Shown here: positions 58,154 through 64,000 of the stretch, one piece after another
How the letters are laid out: each line of letters starts with the position of its first letter
How positions within the stretch are numbered: the first letter of the stretch is position 1
Source: Candidatus Latescibacterota bacterium
GTDB taxonomy: Bacteria; Latescibacterota; UBA2968
Reading direction: 5' to 3'
DNA: 64,000 nucleotides
Assembly: GCA_965116885.1 (NCBI GenBank)
Contig: OZ220741.1
Coordinates: 3,680,001 to 3,744,000, forward strand
The notes under the pieces: model-generated
What the model saw: the letters and a program-made list of their open reading frames with translations, nothing else
Database searches by the model: none
What the model was told of the DNA's origin: nothing
Translations under genes and position numbers: made by a program

Positions 58154-59080
58154 ATGTCCATTCTCGTTACCGGAGGCTCTGGCTTTGTCGGTTCCTGGGT
58201 CGCCAAACTCCTCGCCGAAGAGGGCGAAGACGTCATCGCTTTTGACATGTTTGAACGGCGCGACGATTTTTTGTCCCATGTGTCGGATCGCATCACGTTT
58301 GTTGAAGGCAATATTCTGGGCTTCGCACATATTAATGAGATTGTGCGCAATAACCCGGACCTCACGGGTATTGTTCACACGGCCGCGCTTTTGGGGGGAG
58401 ATGTGCGCGACAATCCCCATTTTGCGACACAGGTCAATGTGGGAGGAACACACAATATCCTCGAAGTTGCGCGACAGGTCGGCGGGCTGAAGGTGGTATA
58501 TGTATCCAGCGGCGCGGTTTATGGCAAGCAAGACGGACCGCTGACGGAAGACACGCCCATGATTCCCAGTGATCCCTATGGCGCGACCAAGGCTATGTCG
58601 GAACATCTCTGCCACCAGTATTATGCGACTTATGGCGTCGATGTTCTGTGTGCCCGTCTCTTTTTTTTATATGGTCCTCCCAATGCCCCTGGCCCGGATG
58701 CGGGCTTTAATACGCGCATTTTTGCCGGGCTGAGTGGGCAGGATGTAAGCCTGCCCAAAGGCCGCGAGCAAAAGGCCGATTGGACTTATATCGAAGATGC
58801 CGCGCGGGGTGTTTTGCTCATGCTCAGGGCGACAGATGTGGCCAGTCGATCTTTTAATATTGCGACGGGCACGTACAATCCCATTGACGAAATTATCGAA
58901 GTCGTGCGGCGGCATTCGCCGGGCAATCCCCGGTATGAAGTTGGCCCGGGCGTCAACCTCGAACGCGGCGCGCCACTCGATATTACCCTTGCCCGAGAGC
59001 AACTCGGTTACGAACCCAAATACGATCTCGAATCCGGCGTGCGGACTTACCGCGCCTGGTTTGATCAACGGGGTGTGTAA
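58154..59080 (+). CDS. NAD-dependent epimerase/dehydratase
   Basis: TGGSGFVG, HTAA, SSGAVYG, YGATK. Confidence 0.9.
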   Translation: MSILVTGGSGFVGSWVAKLLAEEGEDVIAFDMFERRDDFLSHVSDRITFVEGNILGFAHINEIVRNNPDLTGIVHTAALLGGDVRDNPHFATQVNVGGTHNILEVARQVGGLKVVYVSSGAVYGKQDGPLTEDTPMIPSDPYGATKAMSEHLCHQYYATYGVDVLCARLFFLYGPPNAPGPDAGFNTRIFAGLSGQDVSLPKGREQKADWTYIEDAARGVLLMLRATDVASRSFNIATGTYNPIDEIIEVVRRHSPGNPRYEVGPGVNLERGAPLDITLAREQLGYEPKYDLESGVRTYRAWFDQRGV

Positions 59081-59096
59081 ATAACAGGAGAAGACA

Positions 59097-60035
59097 ATGT
59101 CAAACAAAACGCTTCGTTACTTAGACGATGGCAGTATTGAGCTGTTTGAAAGGGAAGTGTCCGATCCCGGAGAGAACGAAGTTCAAATTGAAGGTGGCGC
59201 GTGTGGGATATGTTCCTGGGATGTGGTTACGGCTAAACTCGGCAATCAGATGCATCCCATGGCACCGCCGGGACACGAAGGCGTTGGTTATGTCGCCAAA
59301 ATAGGTGCTGGTGTCACGGATTTCAAAGAGGGCGACCGGGTCGCTGGGGGTGGTTTTGCCAATGTCCGCAACTTATCCACGCAGCGCGTTTTCAAAATTC
59401 CGGAATCCGATTTGCCAGATGAATACTGGATTGTTGAGCCTGTGTCCTGTGCCGTTACGGGTATTGACCATTGCCAGATTCAGCCGGGCAATCGCATTAT
59501 GTTAGTCGGCTGTGGATTTATGGGCTTGTTGATTCTGCAGGGACTTCTGCGCTATCCGCTCGACGATTTGATCGTTCTGGATATTGTTCAGAGTCGTCTG
59601 GATTTGGCACAACAACTCGGCGTTGGGGAGGTGTATAACACTGCTGAGGCTGATCTTACTGATCTATCGCAGGAACTCAAGAGCAGAGAGATTGACGTGG
59701 TTGTCGATACCTCTGGTAGTCAGGCCGGTCTGGATCTATCTACCGACATTGTAAAACGCGGCGGGCGCATCAATCTTTTTGGCTGGCTCAAAGGTCAGAC
59801 CGCCTCTTTTGACCCCACAAAGTGGCATTTGGGGGGATTTACCGTTGTCAATTCCGCGCCGGCTTCAAAATTGCGAGATACTTTTGAACCTGCGATTCGC
59901 CTGATTCACAAAGGTATTATTGATCTCAAACCGCTGGTGACACATACGGCAACGCTCGAAGATTATCCGGATTTGATGGTGCAAATTTTGGCGGGTGATG
60001 AAAGCTATATCAAAGGGGTTGTGACGCTGAAATAG
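59097..60035 (+). CDS. Zinc-binding (MDR) dehydrogenase
   Basis: GICSWD, GHE, EPVSC, GCGFMG. Confidence 0.88.
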   Translation: MSNKTLRYLDDGSIELFEREVSDPGENEVQIEGGACGICSWDVVTAKLGNQMHPMAPPGHEGVGYVAKIGAGVTDFKEGDRVAGGGFANVRNLSTQRVFKIPESDLPDEYWIVEPVSCAVTGIDHCQIQPGNRIMLVGCGFMGLLILQGLLRYPLDDLIVLDIVQSRLDLAQQLGVGEVYNTAEADLTDLSQELKSREIDVVVDTSGSQAGLDLSTDIVKRGGRINLFGWLKGQTASFDPTKWHLGGFTVVNSAPASKLRDTFEPAIRLIHKGIIDLKPLVTHTATLEDYPDLMVQILAGDESYIKGVVTLK

Positions 60036-60053
60036 AATATGGGATGAGAGATT

Positions 60054-61679
60054 ATGAATGCATCGGGTGAAACGCTGTACAATGGGATTGTGTTGCCAGA
60101 GGTCTGGCCCCCTCGCGATGTGGATGAAGGCGGCACGGCACCTGTTCCCGTCCCCTATTTGGACGATCCGCCAGAGGTGATTTGCATCGATCTGGGCAGG
60201 CAGTTGTTTGTAGATGATTTTTTGATTGCCTCTACTTCTCTAACAAGGGTTTTTGGCGAGGCAAAAATCCACGAGGCGAGTCCCGTCCTGAGTCCCGAGA
60301 CGGATGAGGAGATGGACAATGGGTATTGTCCGATGGCTGCGCCGTTTAATGACGGTGCGTGGTACGATTCCGAAGATGGGTTGTTTAAGCTGTGGTACAT
60401 GCCGGGCTGGTTTCACAGTACGGCGCTGGCAACGAGTCGGGATGGCATCCACTGGGAGCGTCCGGATTTCGATGTTGTGCGCGGTACAAATCTCGTATGG
60501 CCCAATCGGGATGGATACGATAGAGATGGGTGTCTGGTGTGGCTGGACCACGAGGCGGAAAGCTCTGAAAAACGTTTTAAGATGTTTCAGTATTATCGGT
60601 ATGACACAGAGGGAAACGCGACTGCTTCTGAGGGCTGGTTGCACACTTCTCCCGATGGGATTCACTGGTCTGATCCTGTTGTGACAACACCCGTGGGCGA
60701 TAATACGTCATTTTTTTACAATCCATTTCGCAAAAAGTGGTGTATGAGCATTCGGCGGCAGAGTGCCAATTTGCGCGCGCGATTTTATCGGGAGTGCGAT
60801 GATTTTTTGCCTGTGTGGGATCAGGAGCAAGATGAGGTTCTCTGGCAGCGCATTGACAGTCTCGCTTTACCCGATTCCGAACTTCCCGATCACCGGGTCG
60901 CACTTTACGATGTGAATGCAACGCCTTATGAGAGTTTGATGCTGGGGCTGTTCGCAATTTTTCGTGGGCCTGAAAATGATATTTGTGCAGAGAGAGGCGT
61001 GCCCAAAACAATGGATTTGGAATTGGGATATAGCCGCGATGGGTTTCATTTTAGCCGCCCAAACCGCACGCCTTTTCTCGCGTCGTCGCGCCGCATTGGC
61101 GATTGGAATCGGGCGTATTTGCATGCTGTGGGCGGTGTTTGTCTGGTGGTGGGGGATGAAGTATGGATTTATTTTACGGGCTTTTCCGGTCAGTCGCCAA
61201 AGCTCGGCAAGACAGATGTGGGAGCGTTTGGGCGAAGTCGGCGCGTGATGTATGCGGGCGCGAGTACGGGATTGGCAACGATTCGGAGAGATGGTTTTGC
61301 ATCTATGGACGCAGGTGCCAGTGGCGGTGTGCTGACTACGCGACCTGTGGTTTTTAAGGGGCATCGGTTATTTGTGAATGTGGAGGTGCCGAGGGGGGAA
61401 TTGCGGGGGGAAGTGCTGGAAGAAAATGGGCGACCAATCGAAGGTTTAACTGCGGATCAGTGTATGCCGCTTTGTGTGGATCGCACCTGTTGCGAGGTTT
61501 TGTGGACTTCCGGCAAAAATTTATCTTCGATTGCTGGGCGTCCCGTGGTGTTCAGGTTTTATTTGCGGTCGGGGCGATTATTTTCGTTTTGGGTTACGGA
61601 TGATCCCAATGGGGCGAGTTCTGGATACCTGGGGGCCGGTGGTCCCGGTTGTACAAAGGGCCGGGATTTGCCCGGGTGA
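60054..61679 (+). CDS. Five-bladed beta-propeller glycoside hydrolase-like protein (GH32/43-like)
   Basis: RQLFVDD, Asp-boxes SRDGIHW, SPDGIHW, SRDGFHF, RRDGFASM. Confidence 0.72.
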   Translation: MNASGETLYNGIVLPEVWPPRDVDEGGTAPVPVPYLDDPPEVICIDLGRQLFVDDFLIASTSLTRVFGEAKIHEASPVLSPETDEEMDNGYCPMAAPFNDGAWYDSEDGLFKLWYMPGWFHSTALATSRDGIHWERPDFDVVRGTNLVWPNRDGYDRDGCLVWLDHEAESSEKRFKMFQYYRYDTEGNATASEGWLHTSPDGIHWSDPVVTTPVGDNTSFFYNPFRKKWCMSIRRQSANLRARFYRECDDFLPVWDQEQDEVLWQRIDSLALPDSELPDHRVALYDVNATPYESLMLGLFAIFRGPENDICAERGVPKTMDLELGYSRDGFHFSRPNRTPFLASSRRIGDWNRAYLHAVGGVCLVVGDEVWIYFTGFSGQSPKLGKTDVGAFGRSRRVMYAGASTGLATIRRDGFASMDAGASGGVLTTRPVVFKGHRLFVNVEVPRGELRGEVLEENGRPIEGLTADQCMPLCVDRTCCEVLWTSGKNLSSIAGRPVVFRFYLRSGRLFSFWVTDDPNGASSGYLGAGGPGCTKGRDLPG

Positions 61680-61682
61680 TGA

Positions 61683-62408
61683 TCAGGTGGGTTTTGTCCA
61701 GTAGGCTTCGAGTTTGTCCTGGGGATCAAAGCCGAGTATTGTGCGTGCGCGCGTGTTTGGGAAGCGATTGTGCGGCAGGTCTGTGGTGACATAGAAGACT
61801 TCAAAGCGCGATGGAAGTGTTTGAAGATCGACTTCTATGGCGCACTTAACGGCTTGTGCGGCATCTCTGGCCGATATGCTGAGGGTGCTGTCGTCGGTAT
61901 TGTGTGGATCGGCGGTGGGGTTTCGAAAGCGCGAGAAGATGAGCGAGAGGACGTGTAGCGGATGGTGTTCGCTGAAGAGTCGGCAGATTTCGAGGCCGAG
62001 ACCTTTGCTCATCGCATAGAGTTCCGTGCCGGGTTGTGGGGGGATTTTTTCAGAAATGGTATGGTCGTAATCGAGGTAGGAAGGGCCGACGAGTGAAAAG
62101 CGAGGTCCCGTGTTGATAAAGCGTTTCATGCCACAGGCAACTGCGGCGCGGAGTGCGTTGTGCGTTCCCATTGTGTTCACGCCAAAAGCAATTTTGCGAT
62201 GGGTGCGCTGAACAGAGCAGTTGATGATGACGTCCATGCCCTCGGCAGCGGACATGACCTGGGCGAAATCGGATACATCGACCTGCCGCGTGTCGTGCGG
62301 TGTATCAATGGGCATGAGGTCGGTGACGCGAAGTTGATGGTGGTCTTCGAGGGCTTTGACGACATAAGGACCGAGAAAACCATTGCCACCGAGGATGAGG
62401 ATGTTCAT
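61683..62408 (-). CDS. NAD(P)-dependent oxidoreductase/epimerase (uronate dehydrogenase-like)
   Basis: ILGGNGFLG, VNTMGT, YAMSK. Confidence 0.82.
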   Translation of the reverse strand: MNILILGGNGFLGPYVVKALEDHHQLRVTDLMPIDTPHDTRQVDVSDFAQVMSAAEGMDVIINCSVQRTHRKIAFGVNTMGTHNALRAAVACGMKRFINTGPRFSLVGPSYLDYDHTISEKIPPQPGTELYAMSKGLGLEICRLFSEHHPLHVLSLIFSRFRNPTADPHNTDDSTLSISARDAAQAVKCAIEVDLQTLPSRFEVFYVTTDLPHNRFPNTRARTILGFDPQDKLEAYWTKPT

Positions 62409-62412
62409 GGGA

Positions 62413-63219
62413 TTATTGGGTGACGCGCGGGCGATTTGTGCGGTAGGGCGGTTCGAGCAGGGCGCGTTGTGTGGGTGTGAATTCGTCGAGCGCGTTTTCC
62501 ACATCTGGTGGCAAATACCGCGCTGAATAGGTCAGGGTGCCGGGCGAGTATTTGTAGAGAATGGATCTGCGTTGATGGTCGGCTGTCCAGGGGAGCGTGC
62601 CATGTGCCAGTGCTTCTGTGAAGATGATGGCCGACCCCGCCTTTGCCGGGACTTGCTTTACGACACCCATGTCCCGATCTACACGTGCGACATCTCGGGG
62701 TGTTTTGTAGTTGGATTTGTGGCTGCCGGGAATGCAGGCAAACCCGCCTTCGCCGGGGTTGCAATCGGTGAGTACCCAAGAGACTACGGTGAGACCACAG
62801 CGCATGCGTCCATTGTGAAATTGATAAAAGTGCGTCAGGTCGTCAGCCGTGCCTCCGCCATGGATGACATGGCCCTCGGCTCCTTTTTCCATGACGATGC
62901 CGTAGAGGTGGTCGAGGCGACAGTCTTCGCGCAGCAATTCTGCGAGGTAGGGCACGATGTTTGGATGGGCGAGTAAATCGCGGAAGGGCTGACACCAGGG
63001 TTTGGGCCAGGTGAGCATGCCGCCCAGATCGGTGCGCCCGTGTTTGCCCTTGAGTGTTTTGGACTCGCCGGAGAGGGATTGCTCTGGCGGGCGAATGCGC
63101 ATCCTGTCGGGGTTGTTGTCAATGGCTTTGTTACACGCGGCAATTTCGTCGGGTGTTAAAGCGTTTTCGACGACGAGGTAGCCGTTGAGGTCAAAGAAGA
63201 ATTTTTCGTGTTCGTCCAT
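62413..63219 (-). CDS. PhyH-family Fe(II)/2-oxoglutarate oxygenase, HGG variant
   Basis: FDLNGYLVVENAL, IPGSHK, AHGTLPW, RRSILYKY. Confidence 0.85.
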   Translation of the reverse strand: MDEHEKFFFDLNGYLVVENALTPDEIAACNKAIDNNPDRMRIRPPEQSLSGESKTLKGKHGRTDLGGMLTWPKPWCQPFRDLLAHPNIVPYLAELLREDCRLDHLYGIVMEKGAEGHVIHGGGTADDLTHFYQFHNGRMRCGLTVVSWVLTDCNPGEGGFACIPGSHKSNYKTPRDVARVDRDMGVVKQVPAKAGSAIIFTEALAHGTLPWTADHQRRSILYKYSPGTLTYSARYLPPDVENALDEFTPTQRALLEPPYRTNRPRVTQ

Positions 63220-63255
63220 GTTCGGGAGTCCTATTTGGTTTGGTGAGAAGGTCCC

Positions 63256-63456
63256 TTAATTGTCATCACCCTCATCCCGTCTCATCCGATAGCGACCAAT
63301 CCGCCGTATCAAAATCCACACGAGTCCAATGAGTGCGATATATTGCACCATATCCCAGATCCAGCCCTGCCAGCCCAGGATGCCCGGCCAGAGTGCTCCG
63401 ATGCACATGATGATAAATGCGTCTTCTAAAATCAACCACAGTGGTCGCTCATTCAT
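63256..63456 (-). CDS. Small two-TM membrane protein
   Basis: 66 aa, two hydrophobic segments, overlaps the stop of the upstream gene. Confidence 0.65.
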   Translation of the reverse strand: MNERPLWLILEDAFIIMCIGALWPGILGWQGWIWDMVQYIALIGLVWILIRRIGRYRMRRDEGDDN

Positions 63457-64000
63457 TTTTGTATCCCAATGATATTTTCACTTCTGACTGTGCATCGTTG
63501 AGGTAAGAATAAACGCGATAATTGCGATACACGAGTTTTACATAATTGCGGGTTTCTTTGTAGGGAATGCGCTCTATAAATTCATCGACGTCTTGTTTTG
63601 TGAGGCGTTTCGCCCATCGCTTCGCAGCATCCAGACCCGCATTATAAGCCGATAGTGCCAAACTAAGTTGCCTGTGCTTATCTTTTCGAAATGCCCTCAT
63701 GTGGTCGGAGAGATGTTGTCCGCCCAATAAAATTGACGTGTGGGGATCGTGGAGGTCTTCGGTTGAAAAATTTTTGAGCTTGACAAGTCGGGCCATGTCC
63801 CGTCCCGTTTGCGGCATCACTTGCATCAGCCCACGTGCGCCCGCGCGAGATACAGCGGTTGTATTAAACGCGCTTTCCTGTCGCATGATGGCGATCATGA
63901 GATTGGGATCCAGATTCATTTTTCGCGCTACCTGGTTGATCTCGCCCCAATAATACGTCGGGTACAATCGACGGAATGAGGCCCGCGTCATGGATATCCC
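63449..64000 (-). CDS. Soluble lytic transglycosylase (SLT domain), 5' end outside the window
   Basis: IMRQES, GARGLMQVMP, AYNAG, IPYKETRNYVK. Frame stays open to the window edge. Confidence 0.92.
   Translation of the reverse strand, partial: GISMTRASFRRLYPTYYWGEINQVARKMNLDPNLMIAIMRQESAFNTTAVSRAGARGLMQVMPQTGRDMARLVKLKNFSTEDLHDPHTSILLGGQHLSDHMRAFRKDKHRQLSLALSAYNAGLDAAKRWAKRLTKQDVDEFIERIPYKETRNYVKLVYRNYRVYSYLNDAQSEVKISLGYKNE

Overview
Bacterial chromosomal window with no rRNA, tRNA, CRISPR array, integrase or transposase that I can recognise. The mix of PhyH, Gfo/Idh/MocA, TIM-barrel epimerase, DUF6785 and toxin-antitoxin genes resembles marine or sponge-associated Latescibacterota/Gemmatimonadota-type genomes (inference only). 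Bases 1-19.5 kb are mostly housekeeping: bioB, efp-accB-accC-gcvH, trpS-scpA-scpB-rluB-cmk-plsC-rpsA, mtaB, mutS. Bases 19.5-21.6 kb are a decayed toxin-antitoxin patch, including an integrase-free TA cassette bracketed by two copies of a phyH 3' end. The most interesting locus is 26.5-31.9 kb, a tightly coupled corrinoid methyl-transfer operon: an unknown protein with a duplicated CGxxH motif, an MtaA/CmuA-family Zn methyltransferase, a stand-alone corrinoid protein, a RamA/RACo-type activator with an extra Cys4 domain, and a stand-alone homocysteine S-methyltransferase. It looks like a folate- and SAM-independent split methionine synthase fed by an unknown methyl donor. A roughly 7 kb accessory island with a HEPN-motif protein and PIN-type TA genes lies between two paralogous oxidoreductases at 33.9-40.7 kb. 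The rest holds a eukaryote-like pyrimidine 5'-nucleotidase, a frameshifted oxidoreductase, an OmpR-family gene remnant, catabolic and transport genes, dxs, and a PhyH-family enzyme with a halogenase-like HxG motif. All family calls are from motif recognition, not database searches.
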